Under the pieces are notes generated by a model. It ran no database searches. It was not told the origin of the DNA and saw only the letters and a program-made list of their open reading frames with translations. A stretch of 64,000 nucleotides of DNA from Felis catus (lineage: Eukaryota): NCBI RefSeq assembly GCF_018350175.1, contig NC_058376.1:132618001-132682000 (forward strand). Direction: 5' to 3'. Position numbers and translations under genes: made by a program. Below, in pieces: positions 9,290 to 21,960 of this stretch. Positions within the stretch are counted from its first letter, which is position 1. Every line of letters starts with the position of its first letter.

Positions 9290-10759
9290 GTGAGACGCGG
9301 AACCTCTGAGGCCTCTAGTTCCTCTGTGCCTACCCTCCGGAGGCATTTGGGGGTTCGCTAAGGCGAGTGGAGCACACGCAGAGTAGGAGCGGAAGGAGGG
9401 CTAGGAGCACTAGCGGAAGGGGGCGTGGCGGGCGCTCTCGCCTCCGCCCCCCCCCCCCCCCCGGGCGCCCTAAGGGCCTAGGCAGGTTTCGCGAAGGCTG
9501 CTGGGACCCGGGTGGGCTGGGTGGAGCCTAGCCTAGTGCAAAGTTGAGTTTCGGTAGTATTGTGCTTGTACGTCTGCTGTGTGCTAGGCGTTTACTACAC
9601 GCTTTTTGGTTTACACGCTCTTTTGTAACTAAAGAAGTTTCACAACTATGTAGTTCGTGAAACATAGTCAATAGTACACGTCAGTTAAAGCCATAAACGG
9701 ATTTGCTCTTTATCCCAATATACATGGGGACACCGAATTTCCCAACCAAAAGACAAAGTAATTTTGCCCAGAGCCATTGAACCCATCCCATTCTTCAGAA
9801 TCCCCAGCTTGTACTCTACTCACTGTTTAGCCCTTAGGCTACAAGAGACAAGAAGGAACCCTTGAACCTAGTTACATTTGACCATTGTTTTCTCTAACCC
9901 TTGCGACTAGCCCACTCTTCTCTCCACTCTCCATTCTTGTCTTTCCAAAATCAGGAAATGTGGGTTTTCATAATTTTTAGATTTAGTCCCTGCCTACCAC
10001 CAGTCCCTGTAGCTTGATAACCTTTTAAAACGCATTTCTGAGCGAAAAAGTTGTTTGTAGTGCAATTTCTGAGGGTGTGGTCTCCGTCCAGGTCCTGAAA
10101 CCACCGGTTCAGTAATAAAATCTCCATAACCAAGAGTGGAACTTTAAATTTTTGAGGATTTGGAGTGTTTCAAAGCAAAAAGGCAAGTAATATGTGGAAG
10201 GTAGAGGAGAAGGGAGTGGATCATGGGTAGAGGAATGAATGAAAAGCACTGAAGTGAAAGGATTTCTAAGTCCAGAGATTTTCCAACTGTAGTCATGGGC
10301 CCTTCCAAAAGGTCTTCTTTTTGGCGGTTCAAGCCCTAACCTCCCACTCTAAAGACAAGAGAGTGAAATAGTTACCTCCCTGGATAGGGGACCTAGCCTA
10401 AGGTAGCCAATCAAAGAGGGAGATTTCTTTGATGTCTCAGAGTTCCTCTAAAATATAAATGCAGGTGTTGCATTTCCACTCCAAAATGTATCCATATTTT
10501 AATATAAGTATTATCTTTTTACGAGGTAAAATAAACATGCAATTAAATGTACAGGTCATAAAGAAGTTTTGACAATTGGCTATACCTATGTAATCGCCAC
10601 CCAAAATAAAAATGACATTTTAAGCTTACCAGTCAAGTGAAATTGATGTTCCAGAAAGATGCAAAATGTTCTTTGTGTGGCTTTGAATAGTCCTGTTCTT
10701 TGTCTCCCGTCTCTGAGAAGCATGGACCTCCTCTATCAGGTAGTATTGTTTATATCAAC

Positions 10760-10945
10760 ACCTATGTGAGAGTCTGTACTACCATTGTATCAGAATCACT
10801 TGGAAAGCTTTTAAAAAATGCAGTTGCTTAGGCCCTACACCACATCTTCTGAATCAGTGAGTTAGGACAAGTTAGGCACCTATATATTTTTTTAAAGCTG
10901 CTACCTAATTTTGATTTGCAGCCTGACTTGGGAACCCCTAGCTCT
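10760..10945. mobile_element. MER5-family hAT MITE
   Basis: catcagaatcacttgg-type and ctgaatcag motifs. Confidence 0.55.
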
Positions 10946-11606
10946 GTACTCATGGTTGAGGCGTTAGTTAACAATGAAATGTGTGACTGCCTGTTACCAA
11001 AGTCATACTGTTGATTCGTTTGGATTTACAGGTTCAAGGCTACTTGTTTGACATTGGCAGCACAGACCGTGTAGATCCTTAGTCCATTCATGGGACCTTG
11101 TGTCTACTTCTGTGTCAAAACAATCATGGACAAAATGACTCCACATAAAGTGTGGTGGAAACTGTGCCATGAATTGGAACAAGTCCACTGAATTTAGATT
11201 AATGGGTTTTACAAAAAGGATAAATTCTCAACTGACTGGATTCTGGCCTTTAGCAAGGGGAAAAGTCAATGAGACTATTTAAACTTGCTTTCACCTTTGT
11301 ATCTTTGGTTCAGGGTACAACGTTCCATTGTGTACTTGGTAGGATGATTCAGCAGAAGTGATCCTTGTTCCCAGGATTAGCAAGCCCTGAGAGCAACTCC
11401 TTTCCATCCAATTGTGATTACAGGATTCTGCTGTGATTTATCCAGGCCCTTCCATGCAAACTTTGTAAGCATTAACCACATTCTTTATTACTTTGATTGG
11501 TGGTAGGCATGGAATTTTATTTGGTGCATGTTTTATTGGAATTTTTTTGTTTGGTTTTGTTTCTTTATCCACGGAATGAGGTCAAAGGAGGAATAAGTCT
11601 GAGTTG

Positions 11607-11639
<33 letters not shown>

Positions 11640-11682
11640 AAAGGCTAACACAATGATAATATGTTCTCTAAAGCACAGAGCT

Positions 11683-11832
11683 GGGATGACTGGGTGGCTC
11701 AGTTGGTTGAGTGTCTGACTCTTGATCTCAGCTCAGGTCTTGATCTCATGGTCATGAGTTCAAGCCCCACATTGGGCTTCGTGCTGGGTGTGAAGGCTTC
11801 TTAAAGAAATAAAATAATAAACAAACAAACAA
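11683..11832 (+). mobile_element. Can-SINE (short)
   Basis: gggatgactgggtggctcagttggttgag head and A-rich tail. Confidence 0.85.
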
Positions 11833-13564
11833 AGAGCAGAGGTGGTCATCAAAGTGTCTATGCCCAAGTTCATCTGGGTAAAGAGAATATCCAGGCAACC
11901 AGGTAACTTATTAAGAGTTGCAAATATAGTGCCTAGAGAAAATATATTCTCTAAAGGCCGTTTCTAAAAGTAATAGTAACTCCTCAGGCCCCCAAATTAT
12001 GATAGTATGTTTTAATTTCAGTAAACAAAGACACTAAAAATCCTTGTGATTATTTAAAAAGCAAAACACCAGCTGAACCTATAAGAAATTGTCTCACAAA
12101 CCTATGTTATCAAGATGTGAAGTGTTTGGTTATCAAGTGAAGAAATGAATTAGGGTTATTTGTGATATATTATAGAATGGCTGAAAAGAAAAGAAAATTG
12201 GCTGAAATAAAAGAAAGCTGAAACTAAGTACCTTAAAAACAAAAAGCAAGCAACAATAACAAAAAGAAAAAAGGATATCTATGTAGAATACTCTTTTTAA
12301 AACCAACACTGAAAACCGTACAGCAAGAAATGTGCTATAAAAAAAATGTGTGAACATAATTAGAGCAGAAAATAAAATATAAAATAAAATGTTCTTTGAA
12401 TAAAATAGGTTAAGTTGATCTTTGCTTCTCATTAAATTGATGGACTGCAAAGTACCAAAGCTCAGAAATAGGCTTGAAGCAAAACCAGTGAAAAGCAGTT
12501 TTATTATTGAGGTGTCTGGGACAGGTTTAATGCCTATTACTGGGAGACGGGTACTCGGGGACGGGTACTGGGTTTTTTTTCCAGTTGTCTGTGACCTAGA
12601 GAAAGGTTGGATTTCTGTCCTTGGCTAGGACACACAAGCACCTTTTCTCTACATTTGAATGCCAGCTAGACCCAGACCTGGAGTGGGAAACGCAGTTGGG
12701 CAGAAACTGAAGAAACATTGTGTCCCTCTTATTGCTGTGTCTTTGTCCATTGTGTGTTTGTTTGTTTGTTTGTTTTTCAATTTAAATTTGGGGTGGTTTG
12801 ACTTCAGCAATCGTTAAATCACTAATAAACATGTTACTTTATGTAAAGCGCACCAGAAAATGGTGACAACTGTGTGTCATGCTATGAGGATGTAAGAGAT
12901 TTATCTCAAGTGGCTTAGAAACCGTAATCCAATATTTCTCAGTATGATAGAACCCCACACTTGGGGGTGGCCCATGGTGGGGGTGGGGTGGGGGACAGCT
13001 ATCACTTATGAAAAATGGTAGCAATAGTTCAATGCTTCTGTTTTCATTTGTTTCTTCTGTTTTGCCATTAGCCTTCATTACAGTCCCTTTCCTTAGCTTT
13101 TAAAAGTGTACCTTATTGTTTTGTTTTGCTTTTAATCTGTTCCTCATGGGAGCAAAACAAAGAATCCACTCTGGGGCAGAATCTCTGAATGATTCCCGGG
13201 GTTCTGAATGGAACTGCTGGGGTGTAATCCCAGGTGAGGGACATCTTCCTGATTAAGAGTTTAGGCCCTTGAACTTCCTTCTGTGTCATAACCTTTGAGT
13301 TCCCCTTCAGAGCTTACCTGTGACATATTGTTTTATTCACTTTAAAGTTTGTTTATATTTAACATTTATGGCATCTTTCAAACCCATGAATGGGAACAGA
13401 GATGGATTCATACACATGTACCCAGCCCCTAGCTCAAGAAATTCATTAAAAATACAGTGAAGCTCCCTGTGGATCCCTTCCCCAGTGTTTTTTCCACCCC
13501 CTGTGCCATAGAGGTAACCACTATCTTGAATTTGGTGTTTATAATTCCCACATTAGCCATTCTC

Positions 13565-13790
13565 TTTTTTTTTTTAGTTTTTTAATGTTTTTATTTACGT
13601 TTGAGACAGAGAGAGACAGAGCATGAGCGGGGGAGGGGCAGAGAGAGAGGGGGACACACAGAATCTGAAGCAGGCTCCAGGCTCTGAGCTGTCAGCACAG
13701 AGCTCGATGTGGGACTCAAACTCAGGAACCATGAGATCATGACCTGAGCCAAAGTTGAACATTTAAACGACTGAGCCACCCAGGCACCCC
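13565..13790 (-). mobile_element. Can-SINE
   Basis: SINE motifs. TSD cacatta.ccattct. Inserted into an old L1ME-like fragment (~13340-14480). Confidence 0.92.
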
Positions 13791-14499
13791 TCACATTATC
13801 CATTCTTTACTGGATGGACATTTAGGTTATCTTTAACTTTTCATTGTTATAAACAAATTTCTCTAAACATTTTTGCATGTCCCCTGGTGTGCCTGTGTGA
13901 GTTTTTATGTATATGTGGCTAGGGGCGGGTCACATCAGTGTTACTAGATATTGCCAAATTGGTCTCCAAAGTTACTGTACCAATTGATAGTCCCACATTC
14001 TGTTTATAAGAGCTCCCCTTTCTCCACATTCTCAATCATGAAATTTGAAATTTTTGCCAATCTACGTGAATGTGAAATGGCTTCTCATTTGCATTTCCCT
14101 GACTACTAATGAAGATACAGGTATAGATATGCCATCTGGGTTTTCTTGTTCTGTCAATTGCGTCTTTTAGATCTTTTGCCCATTTCTTTATGGATTGTTT
14201 ATCTTTTTCTTATTTATTTGTAGATATTCTTTATATATTCTGAATGCTTATGCTTTGTCTTTTAACTTTGTTTATAGTTACTTTTGAGGTGCAAAGTTGT
14301 GGGGTTTTGGGGTGTGGTCACATTTGACAATTCTTTTCCTTTCTGTTTCATATTCTTTGTATCTTAATTGAGAAAATATTCCTTAACCTGGGGTGAGATT
14401 TATTTTTCTATATTTTCATCAAAAAGTTTAGCCTACCTGGAATTGATTTCTACATGTGATGGAAGGTATCATTCCAAGGGTTTTTTCCACATAATATCT

Positions 14500-14935
14500 A
14501 TATCAATTAGATTTGCTGTGTAATTAATCACTCTAAAACTCAGTGACTTAAAACGACGACCATTTATTTAATTTATAGTCTTGTGAGGCTGGACTCAGCT
14601 GGGCTCCTTCATGTGCCCGTGGTCAGTTGCTAGGTCACTCTGCCACTGGAAGCTGACTGGTTACCCACTGGGGTGGCAGGTATATTGCTACTGAACCAGT
14701 TATCTCTCATCATTCAACAGGTGTCCCTGGGCTTCTTCAGATGGTGGCAGCAGATTGCAAAAGGGGACAAACCCCATTGTGGAACCTTTGTGTATCATGG
14801 TTGCTAACATCCTATCAGCTAAAGCAAGTTACATGGCCGAGTTCAGACTCTGACTAAGATGGCATTAAAAGTGATATGATAAAGAAACATGAATATGGAG
14901 AGAGGAATCATTGCTAGCCATTTTTGCTAGTCAAT
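14500..14935 (-). mobile_element. MLT1-type (ERVL-MaLR) LTR
   Basis: aaaactcagtgacttaaaac..catttatt..gactcagctggg motifs. Confidence 0.55.
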
Positions 14936-15139
14936 TTCGCAAAATATCCATTTTCCATTTATGGTATAGTTCATTCTTATCCCAATGATCCATAGTGTCA
15001 TCTCTGTTATATTATCAAGTTTCCATATATGTATGTGGTCTGTCTCTGTACTCTGCTCTTTCTTAGTTTTTTTGAAATAAGTCTTATGTTGGTAGGGAAG
15101 TCCTTCTATTTTGTTCTTTTGAAAACACCTTGTCAGTTG

Positions 15140-15880
15140 CTATAATGTCCTATCACTGCTATAACAGATTACCACAAATTTGGTGGCTTAAAAACAACAT
15201 AAATGCATTATCTTATAGCTCTATAGTTCAGAAGTCTGAAATGGGTCCCCCTGGGATAATATCAAAATGCTGGCAGGACTGCGTTCCTTTCTGGAGGCCT
15301 TAAAAGAGACTCCTTCTAGCTTCTAGAGGCTTCCCACATTCTTGGCAATGTGAACAGTATCAGGCCTAAACCTTCTCATGCTGCCATCCCTCTGGTTCTC
15401 CCTCTTCTACTTTCACTCATAAAGGCACTGGTGATTGCATTGAGCCTACTTACATAATCCAGGATAATGTCTATTTTACAGTCAGCTCTTTAGCANNNNN
15501 NNNNNNNNNNNNNNNNNNNNNNNNNNNNNNNNNNNNNNNNNNNNNNNNNNNNNNNNNNNNNNNNNNNNNNNNNNNNNNNNNNNNNNNNNNNNNNNNNNNN
15601 NNNNNNNNNNNNNNNNNNNNNNNNNNNNNNNNNNNNNNNNNNNNNNNNNNNNNNNNNNNNNNNNNNNNNNNCTCGGCATGGAGCCTAATGTGGGCTCAAT
15701 CCCATGATGCTGGGATCATGACCTGAGCCAAAATCAAGAGTTGGATGCTTAACCAACCGAGCCACCCAGGCAACTTTAGCATCTTTAGCAACTTTAATTC
15801 CCTTTTTGCCATGTAACCAACATACTCACAGGTTCTGGGGATTAGAATGTCTTTAAAGGGCCGTTATTCTGCCTACCAGA
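15140..15880 (-). mobile_element. MLT1-type LTR containing a Can-SINE (15496-15771, partly N)
   Basis: taacagattaccacaaatttggtggcttaaaaacaac...ggttctggggattagaatg...attctgcctacca. Confidence 0.7.
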
Positions 15881-15899
15881 TCTATTCATGGTCTTTTTC

Positions 15900-17070
15900 T
15901 ATTATTATAGAATCAGTTTATCACATTCCAGTTTAACACTCATTAGAATTTCAATTGGAATTATATTGAATTTATAGATTAATTTGGATAGAACAATGTC
16001 TTTATATTATTGAGTCTTTTTGCCATAAGCATATCTCTCCATTTATTTTATTCTTCTTTAATGTCTTTCAATAAATATTTCATTATACTTGCTATATTTA
16101 TTCCTAAGCACCTAACTTTTTATTGATTTTTTTGCATTTTCTAGTTTTAGGGGGCCACTGTATTAGAATGCAATTAATTTTCGTACGTTGGTCTTAAATG
16201 TAACTATTTTACTATACTTTCATATTAATTATAATAATTTGTTTATGGATTCTCTTGGATTTCTTTGTAGATAAACATAGATTCAATGAAAGTTTGTTTT
16301 TTATTTTCTTGGTCTTTTATCTTTTCTATTTCTTTTTCTTAGCTTAATGCACTACCTAAGACCTCCAGTACAATATAGATAAGAAGCACTGATAAGTGGC
16401 ATTTTTATTTCATTTAACCTGTTAATACAGTGAATTAAGTTGATATACTTTTTCATATTAAATGCTTTATCATTCTTGTGATAAACCTCGTTTGGTCATG
16501 ATGATGATTTTCTTCTTATACATTGCATAATTCAGTTTGCTATTATTTTTATTTAGACTTTCTACATTTGTGTTTAAGAGTGAGAGTCAACCATTATTTC
16601 ATTTCTTGAACTATCCTTATCTAGTGTGGGTATCAAGGTTATACCATCTTTTTAAAAATTTTGGGACAGTTTGTATAAAATACATAGGTGTAAATATCTT
16701 CATATAAAAAAAATACAGTATGTGTCTTTTCCTTGAATGTTTGGGAGAATTCCCCTAAAAAGTAGACCAAGATTGGTGCTTCTGGGGGGGAGTCTTTGAT
16801 AATTTAATTTTTCTTGGATAATTGGTGTGCTTAGTTTTTTTCTTTTTTGGACTTAGTTTTGGTAAATTTTATTTTCCTAAAAAGTTATGTGTTTCATCCA
16901 CATATCCATTCAACATATATTTGTTCCAGAGTAACAGATAATCAATTCTAAATCTTTGTTATGTTCCCTTTTAATTTTTTTCTTTATGTTCATATGCCTG
17001 TTTATTACTTTTGTTCCTGATCAATCTTGATGGAGATTTGCTTAATTTCATTAGTCTTTTCGGAGAATAA
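15900..17070 (-). mobile_element. Old L1 fragments
   Basis: L1 ORF2 antisense-like sequence (attgaatttatagattaatttgg, aagacctccagtacaat). Confidence 0.6.
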
Positions 17071-17343
17071 ATTTTGTACCCAGGCTCCCTGGAGAAATGG
17101 CTACTTCTAGACCTGAGCCAAGGAATGTGCAAGAGAAGCTTGGGACATAGTTTAATGTCAGATTGCAGAAAAGCTATTAGAAACTACTAGGGTAATATCA
17201 AGAAGAATCTATAGCTAACTTGAAGAGGCTGCCATTGGCCAAGGATGGGATACTTTGAGTTTCAATAATGATAATAATTGAGATGGAGAGGAACTCATAA
17301 AATATGTTTAAATATATGAGTTCATAAATGATATTTTTTAAAG

Positions 17344-17441
17344 TTTTTTTTTTAATTTTTAAGTAATCTCCTCACCCAACATGGAGCTCAGGCTTACAAC
17401 CCTGAAATCAAGAGTTGCATGCTCCACCAACTGAGCCACCC
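17344..17441 (-). mobile_element. Short Can-SINE
   Basis: aagtaatctc..cccaacatgg..aaatcaagagttgcatgctc. Confidence 0.75.
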
Positions 17442-18024
17442 ATAAATGATATTTTAAAAAATTGGTCAACTTCAGAGAATAATAGAGAACCGATTCATTG
17501 TCTTGAAAACTGATTTTAAAAAGAATGGAAGAGAGAATCTAGCATTTATCCTGCCTTTTCTGTATGCATTGTACCACTAGATAACCAAAGAGCAGATAAA
17601 ATAGAATGTCTTTTTATAAAAAGTATTCCAATTAATAAATAAAATGATGGAATTAGAAAGCTAGCACTTGGCAATCCCCAATGAACATATAAAGGCATTA
17701 AGTATCAATGTTTTGTGCTAAGATTATGAGAAGAGAGTTAGACACGTGCCTCGTGATGAAAATACACACTGCCACCCATAGCCTTGCCAAAAGGATGGAC
17801 ACTGAGTCTGATCCAGTCTTGGATCCAGCTGCCAATTGGCAAGAAATAGCAAAGAAAGAGGAAAAGTTTGAACCTCACCATGCATTTGCAATAATACAAC
17901 CCGTTCTGTTGGAAAATCTACAGGTCTAATCTACAGGCTTCTTCAACAAGTTTGTTTTATGGAAATAAAAGGGACGAAAAAGGAAATTCTAGATTAAAAG
18001 AGACTTAAAGCCTATATCAATGTT

Positions 18025-18133
18025 TTAATTTTTTTTTAATTTACTTTTTTAGTAATCTCTACACCCAACATGGGGCTTGAACTCACGACCCCGAGATCAA
18101 GAGTTTCATGCTGTTCTGAGTCAGTCAGGCACC
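18025..18133 (-). mobile_element. Short Can-SINE
   Basis: agtaatctctacacccaacatggggcttgaactcacgacc. Confidence 0.8.
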
Positions 18134-18265
18134 TCAATATATCAGTGTTTTTAAATTAGGAAGACTAAATGTCTAGGGATGCACATTGGGTCATAAAGCT
18201 TTTTTTTTCTTTTAAAGGAAGTGATAAGCATAAAAGCCATGGTAGTGGTTAGTTGGTCACTTATG

Positions 18266-18430
18266 GGTAGAGTTGCCAGATTTAGAAAAACAAAACAGGG
18301 CACCCAGGACTCCCAGTTAAATTTGACTTTCAGATAAACAATGAATAATTTTTTAGCACAAGTATGTCCCAATACACTTGTTTATCCAAAAGTCAAGCTT
18401 AACTTGGCTTCCTATATTTTATCTGGCAAA
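18266..18430. mobile_element. MER53 palindromic DNA transposon (MITE)
   Basis: Inverted termini ttgccagat / atctggcaa, with internal ttaaatttga..tcagataaacaa..aagtatgtccca. Confidence 0.8.
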
Positions 18431-18439
18431 ATCTTCATT

Positions 18440-19150
18440 TTATTCAAGATGGTAATGCAGCACTCTTCCCAGCCTTCCTTGTAGCTGGGGGCCAAAGCAA
18501 TTTAAATGAAGTCAAGGGGCAGGGCTTTGGGGTGGTTCTTCCAGCCTGCGGCAGAGTGGAATTGGGTATGGAAGTCGCACTGTCTTGCAGTGAGCCCGTG
18601 CCTTGTACTGTGAACTTCACAAGTTCACCGGATGGTGAGATGGGGCTGGAGGTGGGTATTTCCCCTTCCTCCAGGTCAGTCAGGCTCTGATAAAACCTTA
18701 ATTGGTTAGCTCGGTTCTCTTGAGGGCAGTCCTCCTGAAGAACAGAATGCTCTGACTGCTTTCCCCTTCTCCCTGCCAGAAACATGAGATTTTTTCCCAG
18801 TGTTCACTGGGACAACCTGGTAGAGCTCTTGGAGGCAAAACTCACAAAAGTGTGGGTACCCTGCCCCCCAAGCCGGAAGTTCTTAATTCTGACTTACCTG
18901 CCCTGAGCCTCCAAAATTTGTCCGTTGCAGTTGAAGTTTTCCTGTGCTAGTACTGGCTCCACGGAGGTTTCTGTGCTTCTCTGTATCCACCTGTCTGTCT
19001 CTCTAATTTTGGAGGCAACGGTTTGCCCCGTGACCTCAGTTCTCTGAAACAATTACGAAGAGTTGTTGGTTTTCAGATCTTTTAGGTTTTTACTTGTAAA
19101 CAGTAGAATGGCTCCTTCCAAGCTCCTTATATGCCAGACTGTAAGCCAGA
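18440..19150. mobile_element. MER21-like LTR
   Basis: gtcaggctctgataaaacc, ttgccccgtgacctcagttctctga and ttccaagctccttatatgccagact motifs. Confidence 0.55.
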
Positions 19151-19882
19151 AGTCTCAGCTGTTTTTTTTTTTCCCTTACGTTTTTCATTTATTAGAAAAA
19201 CAGGGTAACATTTAAGAAAATATTTTAAATCCCCATAAGATGACCTGCCATGTTTTCATTAATTCACATTCTCTTCGAGTCTTTGGTCACATGTATACAT
19301 GTTTTACTTAGCTATTATCGTTGTAAATACAGAAAGATATTTATTATATGTTTATTTAGCACATCTTAAATGTGGCCCATCATTAGAGTCTTCTTAACTG
19401 TTTTTTCCGTGTTTGCTTAATATTCCACCTGGTTTATATACATCAATTTTCATACCTCTCTTCATATTGAGTATTGTTTGTTTCCAACTTTTAGCTGCTG
19501 GGAGTTATTCTTCAATTTGAACTGGCTTCCACTTCTTGAACACTAAGCACTTTACATTTCTAACTGACAGATAACTTATTTACTCAAAGTTCTATAGTGA
19601 GTAAATCGTAGCCAGGATTTGAACTCACATATGTTGAAACTCAAAAGCCCGTATTCTTTACTTCCATGGTATGTTGTCATTTCAACTAACTTTTGTTTTG
19701 AATGACTTCCTAGGATAAAGTCCCAGAAGTAGACTATAATTCATAATAGAGATTGTCAAACTTTTTTCCCAGTGAGAAATTGCTGTTCTTTATCATTTTA
19801 CTAATTTACCTTACTTCTTTTACAAATTTAATACTTTGGACTAAGACTAGTTAATGTCTATTTTGTACATAAATTCAAAGTC

Positions 19883-20034
19883 TTTTTTTTATGTTTATTT
19901 TATTTATTTGGGAGGGGAGGGGCAGAAAGAGAATCGCAAGCAGGCTCCGGCTGTCAGCATAGGGTCTGACCTTCAGCTGGATCTCCAAAGTCAAGAGTTA
20001 CACGCTTAACCAATCAAGCCACCCAGGCGCCCCC
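19883..20034 (-). mobile_element. Can-SINE
   Basis: SINE motifs ending ccaggcgcccc. Confidence 0.85.
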
Positions 20035-20323
20035 AAGTTCAGAATCTTTCAAAGTGTTTGCTTATGATTGTTTTCTTCTCATTTATATCTGTTCTTGTTC
20101 ATTGCCTGTTTATGACTGTTGTCTTGATGTTTATATTTTGCATGTAAATTTTAATCTGTCAGTCTGTTTCTTCTGTTGTTTAAACGCCTTCAGGTTTTAG
20201 AAAGTGGTTTCATCAAATATCTGATGGCAAATTCTAATTTATGCTAGTTTTCCTATCATTCAAATAGCTCTTGATATTGAGTTTATTTTTGTATATGGCC
20301 TAAGATGTCTAAACTTAATTCCA

Positions 20324-20442
20324 GGGACGCGTGGGTGTCTCAGTCAGTTAAGTGCCCGACTCTTGATCTCAGCTCAGGTTGTGATCTCAGGGTCGTAAGT
20401 TCAAGCCCCGTGTTGGGGCTATTTAAAAAAAATAAAAAATAA
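20324..20442 (+). mobile_element. Can-SINE (short)
   Basis: SINE head and A tail. TSD aaactt.attcca. Confidence 0.85.
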
Positions 20443-21292
20443 ACTTCATTCCAAATTGTTTGTAAGTCAGTCATCCCAATATTACTTATTCAATCACATG
20501 CTTCCCCCCATTGTTTTGAGTTGCATTGGCATAAAAAGAATATAGGCTTTGGCACAAAATCAGTTTGGGTTAAATCCTGACTCTGGGTCTTGATCCCCTT
20601 CAAGTTTAGGAGTAAGTTCTTTCCTAAGAAGAGCTAGACTATTCCCTTCTGCTTTGCCCCCAGTGCTCAGGAATGTAGCACCAACTATCATGGCAGAGTC
20701 AGAAACCTCCCCATCCAACTCCACCCTTCCATCAACCCCAAAGAGCCCTGAGCTTGGAGGAGATGCAGCTGTGGCTGAGCTGGGATCTTTACCAGAGGGA
20801 AGAAGGCACACGAGTAACTACTGATCTGATCAAAGCGGAAGCAAACAAAACTACTCAGGGCCTTCAGGAAGTGAGACAAAGGTGGAGATACTAACCATTT
20901 CTCTACACCTCTACCATACCATGGATGGAGAAGACAACCGACTTAGTGAATAGGCTGGAAAGTCCGTTACTCTTGATTGTGTACTGTGCTCTAGCTGAAT
21001 ACCGTGAGCGCCTGCCCATACTGTGGGGTCGCCTGCATGTTCCCACCACGTTTGTGTCAGGAGAATGCTCTATAGGTACTCAGAACGGATCACATTTGGA
21101 CCTGTTTGCCTGCTTTGTGCTGTTTCTCTCTTGGTGATCTTGACTGTGCCTTCCCCGCGATGTAATAACTTCTGGTTTCTCCTTAGGAAAAAGTAGACTT
21201 CAGCATGTTTTCTTTAGTGCTGTGTCTTACTTTAGCTTTGTTTGTTGTTTGTTTCATACTTCCTACTGTTATTTATTTTCAGTGTTTCCAGA

Positions 21293-21511
21293 TTTTTTAA
21301 AGTTTATATATTTATTTTGAGAGAGAGAGAGAGAGAGAGAGAGCACAAGCAGGGGAGGGACAGAGAGAGACAGAGAGAGAGAATCCCAAGCAAGACTCTG
21401 CAGTGTCAGTACAGAGCCCAACACAGGGCTCGAAGTCACCAACCGTAAGATCACAACCTGAGCCGAAATCGAGAGTCAGCTGCTTAATTGACTGAGCCAC
21501 CGAGGCACCCC
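21293..21511 (-). mobile_element. Can-SINE
   Basis: SINE motifs with (GA)n. TSD tccagat. Confidence 0.9.
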
Positions 21512-21761
21512 TCCAGATCATTTTATTAAGGATTGTTCTTTTGCCTTGGGGAGTGTGGTTCCCTGGCTGTGGTGCCCATTCCATTGTTCTTCACTGTCTG
21601 CATCCAGGGCATTTCCACCATCGTCGTGGTTCTGTGATTTGGATTTTCACTCCTGAACACTGGTAGGTAAGAGCACAGGGGTGATGGACTTACAGTGATG
21701 TTTCACCCACTCCACCCTTAGACATGTTGTGTCCATACACTTAATAATCACAAAGAGTCTT

Positions 21762-21960
21762 GGGGCACCTCAGTGCTCAGTCAGTTGAGCATCCAACTTC
21801 TGCTCAGGTCATGATCTTGCAGTTCGTGGGTTCGAGCCCCACATCTGCTTCAGAGCCTGCTTCGGATTCTGTGTCTCCCTCTCTCTCTCTGCCCTTCCTC
21901 TGCTCATGCTCTCTCTCTTCCTCTCTATCAAAAATAAATAAACACTAAAAAAATTTTTTT
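21762..21960 (+). mobile_element. Can-SINE
   Basis: SINE motifs. TSD taatcacaaagagtctt. Confidence 0.9.

Larger units (their letters stand above)
8600..9600. promoter_or_regulatory. CpG island / bidirectional promoter shared by HACL1 (-) and BTD (+)
   Basis: GC- and CpG-rich stretch. CCAAT boxes at 9062, 9110 and 9191, GC box GGCGGGG at 9135-9141, no obvious TATA. The two first exons are divergent and ~300 bp apart. Confidence 0.85.

Noticed and set aside
10690-10745. Possible extra BTD 5' exon (ATG GAC CTC CTC TAT CAG|GTAGTA)
   Set aside because: Weak donor, phase 0 and so out of frame with exon 2, with no other support.
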